Source of the DNA: a virus
Strand: one strand, 5' to 3'
Virus record (IMG/VR): IMGVR_UViG_3300027763_000027
Span: 96,001 to 160,000 of that record
DNA length: 64,000 nucleotides
Positions within the stretch are counted from its first letter, which is position 1, and each line of letters opens with the position of its first letter. The position numbers and the translations under genes are program-made. The notes under the pieces were generated by a model. The model was not told the origin of the DNA, searched no databases, and saw only the letters and a program-made list of their open reading frames with translations. Of the stretch, positions 32,450-40,365 are shown one piece after another.

Positions 32450-33088
32450 ATGATAAGAATACATCCAGTATATTCTTTACGTTTATTAAGGCGTTTAAAT
32501 GTTCCTATTAATACAATTATAGATGTTGGCGTACAATATTCTACTCCATGTCTTAAAAATACTTTTCCAGATAAATTACATATTCTATTTGAGCCTGCTG
32601 CTAATTATTGGAATAAAATAGAAGAATCTTATAAAGATATAAAATATATTCTATATAAAATAGCTTTATTTAAAGAAGATAAAAAAGTTAATTTGAAAAA
32701 AAATGGAGAGCTTTATAGAATCACAGATAATAATGAAATCGGGTTAATAGAAGTGCAAGCTAATAAACTAGACACAATACTTAAGGATACAAACTTCGAA
32801 AAGCCTTATCTTCTTAAACTAGATGTAGACGGAGCAGAACTTGAAATATTAGAAGGCGCACAAGAAACATTAAAAGATTGCTCTACAATATTCATAGAAG
32901 CTCACCCAAGAGATTATTTAGAAAGATGTAATGCAATAGAAAAATATGGTTTTAAATTATTTGATATCGTAGACTTTCGTTATCATGATAATAGACTAGC
33001 TCAATTTGATTTGATATTTATAAAAAAAGATCTTCTACCACATAAAAAACAAAAATTTGATATAACTAAATGGAAAGCGCTAAGATAG
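32450..33088 (+). CDS. FkbM family methyltransferase
   Basis: IIDVGV, FEP, LKLDVDGAELEILEGA, QFDLIF. Confidence 0.85.
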   Translation: MIRIHPVYSLRLLRRLNVPINTIIDVGVQYSTPCLKNTFPDKLHILFEPAANYWNKIEESYKDIKYILYKIALFKEDKKVNLKKNGELYRITDNNEIGLIEVQANKLDTILKDTNFEKPYLLKLDVDGAELEILEGAQETLKDCSTIFIEAHPRDYLERCNAIEKYGFKLFDIVDFRYHDNRLAQFDLIFIKKDLLPHKKQKFDITKWKALR

Positions 33089-33379
33089 CGCACAATAGAA
33101 GGATTCATCAAAATAGTAATTACACATCTAAAATAACTTTTACCAAATATCTAACAGGATAATATAAATACTTGAAATATTTCCTAAATGCCTGTAATAT
33201 AAGTTGATATGAAACATCAAAATAGATTAAGTAAAATACTTGAAAAAAGAATCTTACAAGACGAAGATCCCAAAATGATAGATCAAATAGATAAATTCTT
33301 AAATAATCTAGAAGTTGTTTTTGTTAAATGGGCTAAAGCTCATCCCAATTGGAAAGAATCAGAAGAATAATTAATTACT

Positions 33380-33454
33380 GTAACTGGTTTAGCATAAAGT
33401 AGTTACAAAAGATCCCTCCCTGCCGTCGTAAGTCGTTGACCATCAACGAGATTT
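33380..33454. repeat. 75-bp paired-palindrome element E3
   Basis: 27+21+27; spacer AAAAGATCCCTCCCTGCCGTC. Confidence 0.85.
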
Positions 33455-33502
33455 AACTAAAGATTTTTCTTGTGAAAAAACAAAGCTGTGGTATATTTAA
33501 GT

Positions 33503-33769
33503 ATGAACAAAATCAAATTAGCAATCATATACGCAACCTCATATCTGAAACACTTCGTCCTTTTCCTTTTTGGGCAAAGGTATTTAATCGAATACAAACC
33601 CTACGGCAAGAATGATGTCTATACTTACATCATCGGCAAGCCTTCTTCTCATACCATCAGCAAGGCAGGGAACAAGCTATTCACTAGCTTCTGCTTTTCT
33701 GGTCGTATGGATTCTGGCGTGAAGCAATTTCGCTACGATAGAATTACTGGCGGTCTCTCACCAGTCTAA
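33503..33769 (+). CDS. Hypothetical protein
   Basis: Start MNKIK just after promoter downstream of E3; followed by terminator. Confidence 0.6.
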   Translation: MNKIKLAIIYATSYLKHFVLFLFGQRYLIEYKPYGKNDVYTYIIGKPSSHTISKAGNKLFTSFCFSGRMDSGVKQFRYDRITGGLSPV

Positions 33770-33821
33770 CAACAGAGAGATTAGAGGGTTTATTATTCTG
33801 TTCCCTCTATCCTTCATATAG

Positions 33822-33853
33822 AAAGGGCGAGGCCTAAAAACCTCGCCTTTTTT
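33822..33853 (+). terminator. Rho-independent terminator
   Basis: AAAGGGCGAGG-CCTAAAAA-CCTCGCCTTT + T-run. Confidence 0.8.
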
Positions 33854-33886
33854 ATTGCACATAAACAAAGTTATGTTAAGATAGTT

Positions 33887-34104
33887 TTAGTTCTTCGATA
33901 TCAGAGAAGGTTGACCGCAAGGTTGCAGTTCTGGAAAGTTTCTAATGGAAACATTAGTTATATATAACGGAATGCCAATACTTCTCGAGCGAGTCTGACT
34001 AACTCCATAAGAGGATGAACCTGCCAACGCCCAGAGTCTGAGGCAAATTAAAAGAGCAGGGTATTTCCTTTACGAATCATGAGCGTAAAGGGTCGAAGAA
34101 CTAA
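33887..34104 (+). ncRNA. Candidate structured ncRNA B (~218 nt)
   Basis: TTGCAC-16-TAAGAT promoter; 12-bp perfect closing stem TTAGTTCTTCGA/TCGAAGAACTAA; internal stems with GCAA and GAAA tetraloops. Confidence 0.65.
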
Positions 34105-34280
34105 TTTTTATTACGCCATTTTTCTCTATGATGGCAAACCCAATTTAACAGAGCTTTTTCAAAACCAATATCGTGTCCTGCTTTTTCGCTTTCGATCCAT
34201 TTGTGTTTTAATATCTCTTCGCGTTCTTCCATAAACTTTTTATACAACGCAGAAGATTCAAGTAAACCAGATACCCTCAT
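34101..34280 (-). CDS. 59-aa DUF4032-like protein (not in ORF track)
   Basis: MRVSGLLESSALYKKFMEEREEILKHKWIESEKAGHDIGFEKALLNWVCHHREKWRNKN; GTGTAA motif upstream on minus strand (34289-34294). Confidence 0.75.
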   Translation of the reverse strand: MRVSGLLESSALYKKFMEEREEILKHKWIESEKAGHDIGFEKALLNWVCHHREKWRNKN

Positions 34281-34318
34281 AACTTATATTACACTATATT
34301 GATTTAAAATCAAATATT

Positions 34319-34393
34319 TTATCTCTTTGATAGTTAAGCACTTACAACGCAAGAGTCCCTGTCTTTATAAGTTGTTGATAATGAGAGAGTTAT
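34319..34393. repeat. 75-bp paired-palindrome element E4
   Basis: 27+21+27; spacer AACGCAAGAGTCCCTGTCTTT. Confidence 0.85.
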
Positions 34394-34527
34394 TACTCTC
34401 CCATATCACGAGCATGGTCAGCATCAAGCTCTGCCTGAGTTTCTAAGGCTCGTTCCATAGCTTGATCGTCCCACATTTCTTTTGCCCAGATTTTTAGTGT
34501 TTTTTCGTCATCGAATATGTTCATCAT
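34393..34527 (-). CDS. 44-aa acidic protein, sole gene between E4 and E5
   Basis: MMNIFDDEKTLKIWAKEMWDDQAMERALETQAELDADHARDMGE; AAGGAGGT SD and TTGACA promoter on minus strand. Confidence 0.65.
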   Translation of the reverse strand: MMNIFDDEKTLKIWAKEMWDDQAMERALETQAELDADHARDMGE

Positions 34528-34581
34528 ATTTACCTCCTTTCTTTCTATAGATTATCATATTTTTGTTTTATGTCAACATTT

Positions 34582-34656
34582 TTATTCTGTTGATTATCAA
34601 TGACTTGTGAAGGCAACCTCCCTCGTGCTATAAGTTGTTGATGGTGAATGAGATTT
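34582..34656. repeat. 75-bp paired-palindrome element E5 (between divergent promoters)
   Basis: 27+21+27; spacer GAAGGCAACCTCCCTCGTGCT. Confidence 0.85.
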
Positions 34657-34695
34657 ATTAGTAGACAAAAAAACAATTTCTGATATATTTAAGCT

Positions 34696-35535
34696 ATGAA
34701 AGTAAATGAAATCATCACCGAAAAATTCATCGAAGCCCTCAACAAAGGTGTCATCCCTTGGCAGAAACCTTGGAAAGTTTTTGATCTCTGCAATGGAGTT
34801 TCAAAAAAGAATTATAGGGGGATTAATCAATTTTTGCTACGGATGCTCGCTTCTGATGATTTCTTTTTTACATTCAATCAGATTAAGGAGCTAGGTGGGA
34901 GAATCAAAAAGGGTGCAAAGTCTCACATGGTAGTTTATTACAAATTGCTCAAAACTGAAAGCAACAATGAAACCAAAACTTTTCCAATGATGAGATTCTA
35001 TAAAGTTTTTGGGTTGAGTGATATTGAGGGCATGAAGTGGAAACAGCCCGAAGTTAAGAAGTTGGATTTTTCACCAGTAGAAGAAGCAGAAAAGTTGATC
35101 AACAAGTGCATCATTCAGATTAAACATGGTGGCAGTCGTGCCTGTTATTATCCGCAGGAGCATAAAATTGATCTTCCTCCAAAAGAAAACTTCACCAGCG
35201 TTGAGGAGTATTATTCCACAGCGTTCCATGAGATTGGTCACGCTATGCACAAGGCTACAAGCGATGAAGTGAAGAATGGATTTGGTTCACAGAATTATAG
35301 CAAAGAAGAATTGACAGCAGAAATTTTTGCGAGTCTCTGCCTTAACTTCTGCGGAATTGATTCAGAAAAATGTTTCAACAATTCTGCGAGCTATCTTTCG
35401 AGCTGGCTTCAAGTATTAAAGAAAGACATGAACTTTATTATTTCAGCTTCTAGCAAAGCACAAAAAAGATTTGACGCTTTTATTGGTAGAAAAGAAAGCG
35501 AAGAGATTCCACAAGAAGAAGCTGTAACTGCTTAA
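34696..35535 (+). CDS. ardC: ArdC-like antirestriction protein (ssDNA-binding + zincin)
   Basis: GVIPWQKPW, YRGIN, TFNQ, RACY, YYSTAFHEIGH, YSKEELTAE, SASYLSSW. Confidence 0.9.
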   Translation: MKVNEIITEKFIEALNKGVIPWQKPWKVFDLCNGVSKKNYRGINQFLLRMLASDDFFFTFNQIKELGGRIKKGAKSHMVVYYKLLKTESNNETKTFPMMRFYKVFGLSDIEGMKWKQPEVKKLDFSPVEEAEKLINKCIIQIKHGGSRACYYPQEHKIDLPPKENFTSVEEYYSTAFHEIGHAMHKATSDEVKNGFGSQNYSKEELTAEIFASLCLNFCGIDSEKCFNNSASYLSSWLQVLKKDMNFIISASSKAQKRFDAFIGRKESEEIPQEEAVTA

Positions 35536-35598
35536 GTATTAACTACTTACGCAAGCGGGGTCCCTGCCTTCGTAAGTCATTGATAGTCAATGAGATTT
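35524..35598. repeat. 75-bp paired-palindrome element E6 (overlaps ardC stop)
   Basis: 27+21+27; spacer GCAAGCGGGGTCCCTGCCTTC. Confidence 0.85.
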
Positions 35599-35647
35599 AA
35601 CTGTAAAAAAAACTTGTCACAAGAAAAAAAAGTGTTAATCTAATTCT

Positions 35648-36283
35648 ATGTTCAAAAACAAAAAACAAGCCGAAGAGATTGTAGGTACACTCTCAAAACC
35701 CTCGAAGATGCCTGGATATGCTTATTCAACGCCCGCAAAGCGTTGTCTTATCGGGCAGAAAATGCGGAATGTTGTAGGAAGCATTTGTGCTTTTTGCTAT
35801 GCTCTTAAAGGGCGTTATGTTTTTCCTAATGTTCAGAAAGCCATGGAAAAGCGTTTCGCTTCTCTTACTAACGATTTGTGGGTAGATGCTATGACATACT
35901 TAATCGGCAAAGTTAAGAATCCACATTTCAGGTGGCACGATTCAGGAGACTTGCAAGGTGTGTGGCATATTGAAAAGATCGTGAAGATTGCAAAGAATCT
36001 TCCTCACATTTCTTTTTGGCTTCCAACTCGTGAATATGCTTTCGTTTCAACTTATATCGAACAAGGTGGAGAAGTGCCTAGTAATCTTACCATCCGTTTG
36101 TCTGCTCTTATGATGGATGGCCCCGCACCCGTAGGAATTGCACAACGCCTTGGCTTGTGTGTTAGTGGTGCAAGCAAGTTAGGAAACTTTAACTGCCCAT
36201 CTTCCAAACAAGGCAACAAGTGCGGTGATTGTCGCAAGTGTTGGGATAAAAATGAGTTTGCAATCGACTATAAAAAGCATTAA
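35648..36283 (+). CDS. Phage Gp88-like Cys-rich protein
   Basis: SKMPG, C...CAFCYA, FRWHDSGD, WLPTRE, C...CGDCRKCW. Confidence 0.75.
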   Translation: MFKNKKQAEEIVGTLSKPSKMPGYAYSTPAKRCLIGQKMRNVVGSICAFCYALKGRYVFPNVQKAMEKRFASLTNDLWVDAMTYLIGKVKNPHFRWHDSGDLQGVWHIEKIVKIAKNLPHISFWLPTREYAFVSTYIEQGGEVPSNLTIRLSALMMDGPAPVGIAQRLGLCVSGASKLGNFNCPSSKQGNKCGDCRKCWDKNEFAIDYKKH

Positions 36284-36516
36284 GATGTCTAGATGACATT
36301 ATTTTTAATCTTATTTACCTTATTTACCATCGTACTTATTAAAAAATCATATGAATAAAATCGAAAAATTACTAAACGAAAACCTAGAATCTTTTTATCC
36401 TTGGAACGATTCTGATAATCCTCCACTCGACACAAACAAAAGCTTTGTGCAAAAGCAGAGAGAGATTGACGAAGTGTTTGAAGGTTGGCGAGCGAGTATG
36501 TAAAAAACTTGCTGGT

Positions 36517-36591
36517 GTAAGTCTTTGATTATCAAGGATTTACATCGGCAGAGACCCTGCGGTTGCAAGTCGTTGACTATCAATAACTTAG
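36517..36591. repeat. 75-bp paired-palindrome element E7 (at transcription convergence)
   Basis: 27+21+27; spacer ATCGGCAGAGACCCTGCGGTT. Confidence 0.9.
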
Positions 36592-36685
36592 CGACGCTCT
36601 ATAATTGATCTTATTAAAGCATAAATTAATTGCAAAAAAACCAATCCAAAGTATGCATAAACACAGATTAAAAAAGTTTGCATAA

Positions 36686-36949
36686 TTATTCTCCACAAAG
36701 ATTTTCGTCACCAGCCCAACCGAAATCTTCCATCTGGAAGCACCCGCCATTGTAATCCTCGTCAGTGCCGTGGCCAGCAGAAGCCATAGCAGAGTCGAAG
36801 TCGCCATCCATAGAATCGTCTGGCTCGTTAGAGGTTTCGGATTTGATAGCGCGATCATCCTCGCGCATTTCGTTAAGGATGTCGCGCACATCCTGCGAGC
36901 CCAACATATGTTGAGCCATCCATTCCTTGAGAGACGCTTTGTAGTCCAT
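36686..36949 (-). CDS. Acidic hypothetical protein
   Basis: DSAMASAGHGTDEDY; GGAGG SD; GC-rich. Confidence 0.7.
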   Translation of the reverse strand: MDYKASLKEWMAQHMLGSQDVRDILNEMREDDRAIKSETSNEPDDSMDGDFDSAMASAGHGTDEDYNGGCFQMEDFGWAGDENLCGE

Positions 36950-36950
36950 A

Positions 36951-37115
36951 TTATTTTACCTCCACAATAGTTTCGACCGAATCGTAAACCCCACTCAACG
37001 CATCGAGCATCGAGTTAACCACATCATTGGAATTGATGTAGTCAAAGAACGCATTTGCGTCCGCATAAACTTCCTCGCAGGTTTCCGTCGCTAGGGATGT
37101 GATTTGATTTGTCAT
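36951..37115 (-). CDS. 54-aa acidic protein (not in ORF track)
   Basis: MTNQITSLATETCEEVYADANAFFDYINSNDVVNSMLDALSGVYDSVETIVEVK. Confidence 0.6.
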   Translation of the reverse strand: MTNQITSLATETCEEVYADANAFFDYINSNDVVNSMLDALSGVYDSVETIVEVK

Positions 37116-37244
37116 AGATTAAATGTATCACAGATTTGATTTAGCGCAAGATTTATTTTGTGAAAAAGGAAATAGAAGAATATCTAATAGCAAATAGCCT
37201 CGATCTTTTGGCTTCATTCAGTTTTTGTCGCAAGATCAGCATTC

Positions 37245-37319
37245 GTAAGTTGTTGATAGTCAAAGGTTTACGCGCGCCCCCTCCCTGCGCTCGTAAGTCG
37301 TTGATGCTTAGAGGCTTAC
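37245..37319. repeat. 75-bp paired-palindrome element E8
   Basis: 27+21+27; spacer GCGCGCCCCCTCCCTGCGCTC. Confidence 0.9.
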
Positions 37320-37453
37320 AAGAGGTCTCTGAGATTCAAACAACTCGCAGAAAGATAGTAGAAAAATCTTTCACGCAGAAAGTTTTTTGCATAACCATTT
37401 TTCACGGCAAGTCTATAAGTTTTTTTATTTAGTTTGAAAAGGATTTTTTTCAT

Positions 37454-37717
37454 TTAGTCTCCTTTATATTTCGAGGATTCGTTGAAACTTCCTATGAAGT
37501 TCATCGTTCCATTTTTGCGTTCTTCGCATTGTTTGAGAAGTTCGGGAGTCATTTCGACTTCGGTCACTTCATCATAAAAAGCTAGGACACTTCCAACACC
37601 AGAGATTCTGGAAAGGCATTTTTTGTTAGAGGTTGAATTGAGCATTTCGCAGATTGCGATATGGTTTTCGATTTGGTAGTATTTTCCTACTACGAGGTTT
37701 TCTATTATGTTTTTCAT
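37454..37717 (-). CDS. Hypothetical protein
   Basis: Likely start MKNIIEN; half site at 37759-37785 upstream of its promoter. Confidence 0.55.
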   Translation of the reverse strand: MKNIIENLVVGKYYQIENHIAICEMLNSTSNKKCLSRISGVGSVLAFYDEVTEVEMTPELLKQCEERKNGTMNFIGSFNESSKYKGD

Positions 37718-37781
37718 ATACTTATAATCTATCACACTTTCCTATTTTGTCAAACTTTTTTTCTCTTTGATTATTAACGAT

Positions 37782-38000
37782 TTAGCGATACCAGACAAGA
37801 GAATCTGTATCGACATTATACAATCCGCTACGAAGATAAATGGTTGTCCATTTACCTTTGTCCTCACCTTCGAGGATTTCAGCAGTTGCAGTCATAGTTT
37901 TCCAACCGATTGTAGAAGGGAAAACCTTTACGAGTAGTCTTTCGTGACCATATCGAAAAGTATTTTCATCTGTAGTTAGTTCTTTATTTATTGTTATCAT
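37782..38000 (-). CDS. Hypothetical protein, paralog of 38554-38829
   Basis: TAEILEGEDKGKWTTIYL vs VVTFLEGKDKDKVGTINL; shared 5' leader. Confidence 0.6.
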   Translation of the reverse strand: MITINKELTTDENTFRYGHERLLVKVFPSTIGWKTMTATAEILEGEDKGKWTTIYLRSGLYNVDTDSLVWYR

Positions 38001-38087
38001 TTTATTTTTTCTTTCTTTGTTATTTCTTATCTTGTTATAAGTATAGTTTAGCATATTTCAGAGAAAACGCAACAAAAATCTTCATTT

Positions 38088-38162
38088 AAATTTCATTGAT
38101 CATCAACGAGTTACAACGCAAGGGCCCCTGCGTCTGTAAGTCATTGTCTTCTAACAACTTAC
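38088..38162. repeat. 75-bp paired-palindrome element E9
   Basis: 27+21+27; spacer AACGCAAGGGCCCCTGCGTCT. Confidence 0.9.
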
Positions 38163-38176
38163 ATCAGCTAATTTTG

Positions 38177-38374
38177 TCAAACACCAAACTTGTTACGATA
38201 TTGATTATATAGGTTTTGATATTCTTCGCCCCATTCTGATTCACCAGCTTGGGCGATAGCTTCTTCTATCTCTTCGAGTTGTTTTTGACCCCTACGATAG
38301 TAGTATGAGTCTTCACTCATTTGGTAAGTCCAATCGTGATTCTTTAAGAGTTCTTCGAATTGTTGAATGTTCAT
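38177..38374 (-). CDS. Conserved hypothetical phage protein
   Basis: LLKNHDWTYQMSED...YRRG. Confidence 0.65.
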   Translation of the reverse strand: MNIQQFEELLKNHDWTYQMSEDSYYYRRGQKQLEEIEEAIAQAGESEWGEEYQNLYNQYRNKFGV

Positions 38375-38378
38375 TTAT

Positions 38379-38552
38379 TTATTTTCCATTAAGTTTTGCC
38401 TTTAGTAAGGCGTGAGCTTTAGCCTTTTCAGGATTATTCTTTTTCCATTCAGACCATCGCTTTTTGCGATTAGCCCAAAGAGCTTGATTTTTTTCTTTAC
38501 GTTGAATTTCCCATTCTTGGGAAGTTAGTTCTTTTTTATTATCTTTATTCAT
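38379..38552 (-). CDS. 57-aa basic protein (not in ORF track)
   Basis: MNKDNKKELTSQEW...WKKNNPEKAKAHALLKAKLNGK; fills gap between neighbours. Confidence 0.55.
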   Translation of the reverse strand: MNKDNKKELTSQEWEIQRKEKNQALWANRKKRWSEWKKNNPEKAKAHALLKAKLNGK

Positions 38553-38553
38553 T

Positions 38554-38829
38554 TTATTTACTTTCTTTCTGTACTAGTGAAGCATTGTTAAGGTTGATAG
38601 TTCCAACCTTATCTTTATCTTTACCTTCTAGGAAGGTTACAACTGCAGTATTTGCAGAAGTTTTGTAAGAAACTTTTACTAGAGTTCCTTCGTAAAGGTA
38701 TATTTCACCAAAGTAAGTTGGTGTATTGTTAGAGTTAGTTATGATGGATTCATTACTATCCATATTTTTTCGCATATTTTCACGCATTTGTTTTCGTTGA
38801 AAATTCCAATTTATCATTCTATGTGTCAT
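38554..38829 (-). CDS. Hypothetical protein, paralog of 37782-38000
   Basis: See 37782; half site at 38923-38949 upstream. Confidence 0.6.
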   Translation of the reverse strand: MTHRMINWNFQRKQMRENMRKNMDSNESIITNSNNTPTYFGEIYLYEGTLVKVSYKTSANTAVVTFLEGKDKDKVGTINLNNASLVQKESK

Positions 38830-39020
38830 TTTATTTTTTTCTTTCTTTGTTATTTGTTATCTTTTATCTTATGTATATAGTTTACCAGAAAATCCTCAAA
38901 AGTCAAATTATTTTTTTCATTTATTTTTCGTTGATTATTAAGCACTTAGGATTGAGTAAAAGATTCCTGCCATAAAAATTGCCCAAATTAGGATTGCTGT
39001 TGCGAAGATTCCTTCTTTGT

Positions 39021-39179
39021 TCATTTTTGTGTTTCCTCGTGAGCTACTTCGACTTTGTGTTCGTATTTTGCGAAACTTTCATCGAGTCTTTTTTGGGATT
39101 CTTCAACGGCTTTTTTGAGGTCAGCCGAGGCTTTGTCTAAATTTCCGAGGAGGATTTCTAATTTTGTTTTTCTTTTCAT
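39021..39179 (-). CDS. 52-aa coiled-coil protein, paralog of 40143-40316
   Basis: MKRKTKLEILLGNLDKA...; first gene downstream of E10. Confidence 0.6.
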   Translation of the reverse strand: MKRKTKLEILLGNLDKASADLKKAVEESQKRLDESFAKYEHKVEVAHEETQK

Positions 39180-39228
39180 ACCTATAATTTATCACATTTT
39201 AGAAATTTTGCAAGATATTTTTTCATTT

Positions 39229-39303
39229 AAATTTCATTGTCCATCAACGAGTTACAACGCAAGGGAGCGCCCCGTCCTAAGTCGTTGTTACTCAGCTACT
39301 TAC
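39229..39303. repeat. 75-bp paired-palindrome element E10 (overlaps SleB stop)
   Basis: 27+21+27; spacer AACGCAAGGGAGCGCCCCGTC. Confidence 0.85.
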
Positions 39304-39677
39304 AACTTATAGAACTTGTGGTTGCGTATTGTAGCCACTAGCCTTGCGTCCCTAGCCCACCTAGGAGCGACGCTGATAGCGTGGTAATGGTTTGCACCCT
39401 TTACAATGTCTGGCATCTGTTTATGGATGACTAGGTCAGCAAGGTATAGAGCGTTCTTACCTTGTGCCGTTGCTAGTAGTTTCTTCTTTGTTGCCTCACT
39501 TACTCCACCATTCCAGAAGCTGAATTGTTTGGGTGATAAGCATACTTGTTTAGCTGATTGCTTACGCTCTACCATTCGTGTTTGTATGACGCTAGCAACG
39601 CCCGCCATTCCTTCGAATGTCTCGCCCCTAGCTTCGCCTAGGAGCGTAAGTGCTACGATGAATAGTTCTGCTGTCAT
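39300..39677 (-). CDS. Cell wall hydrolase, SleB/Hydrolase_2 family
   Basis: GEARGE, VASVI..R, QFSFWN, GANHYHA, PRWA, NHKFY. Confidence 0.9.
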   Translation of the reverse strand: MTAELFIVALTLLGEARGETFEGMAGVASVIQTRMVERKQSAKQVCLSPKQFSFWNGGVSEATKKKLLATAQGKNALYLADLVIHKQMPDIVKGANHYHAISVAPRWARDARLVATIRNHKFYKL

Positions 39678-39681
39678 AGGA

Positions 39682-40101
39682 TTAATCCCTTCCGTTACTT
39701 ACTGCACCGCAGTAATCGCTAGGTTTCTCTGCACTGATAGTGCCGAGGCTATACCCCTCGGAGCTACTCGCACCCCAAAGGAAGCAGGTCTGCACCATAT
39801 CATCTATAATGCTCTGTGCCTTGTCTGTTGCGAGATCAAGGAGTCCACCTTTTCGACCCTTTGCGTTAATCTTGTTCACGAATGCGTGAAGGGCAACCTT
39901 AACAAGAGCCTTCTTCACATCATCTGGATGAGCGTAGAAGTAAAACGCTTTGCCGTTGCCCATATCGTGCAACTTGCCGTTAGTTCCTTCCCAATTATAG
40001 ATGCTATTGAAGAAGTGATTGATTTGTTTGATACTTCCTTCGAGAAGGTAAGCATTGTTTTCGCCGAAGGTTTGGTAACTGATTTTGAGGTTTTGTTTCA
40101 T
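39682..40101 (-). CDS. Hypothetical protein, paralog of 31887-32273
   Basis: YNWEGTNGKL, KGGL, YSLGTISAEK; likely start MKQNLK. Confidence 0.75.
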   Translation of the reverse strand: MKQNLKISYQTFGENNAYLLEGSIKQINHFFNSIYNWEGTNGKLHDMGNGKAFYFYAHPDDVKKALVKVALHAFVNKINAKGRKGGLLDLATDKAQSIIDDMVQTCFLWGASSSEGYSLGTISAEKPSDYCGAVSNGRD

Positions 40102-40142
40102 AGGTTCTATATTGCCTTTCTGGATTGGTTTCGTCAAGTAAT

Positions 40143-40316
40143 TTATTCGATGATATGAGAGATATTCGTTACAGCGAGAAACGCTTGTTTCTCCTTCTGT
40201 AACTTCTCGTATTCGCTGGCTACTTTGCCAAGTTGGATTACTGCTTGGTTATGGTTGCTCATAGCTTTATCTAGGTTAGCTAGGAGTCTTTCGAACTTAT
40301 TCATTTTTTTCTTCAT
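40143..40316 (-). CDS. 57-aa coiled-coil protein, paralog of 39021-39179
   Basis: MKKKMNKFERLLANLDKA... Confidence 0.6.
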   Translation of the reverse strand: MKKKMNKFERLLANLDKAMSNHNQAVIQLGKVASEYEKLQKEKQAFLAVTNISHIIE

Positions 40317-40365
40317 ACCTTTAATCTATCACAGAATAGGAATATCACAAGATATTTCTTCAGTT

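Noticed and set aside
33895-33990. SAM-I riboswitch resemblance (ATCAGAG...TGCCAA) in ncRNA B
   Set aside because: No kink-turn/P2 GAGGGA or GCAAC core, and no downstream sense gene to regulate.
37160-37432. ORFs crossing elements (37160-37432, 36395-36583, 28625-28840, 39055-39312)
   Set aside because: They translate the palindromic element itself (KSLI..DL-like peptides) and lack promoter or start context.
39406-40158. 250-aa plus-strand ORF
   Set aside because: Antisense to SleB and to the 39682 gene, which have recognisable motifs or a paralog; open because of higher GC.
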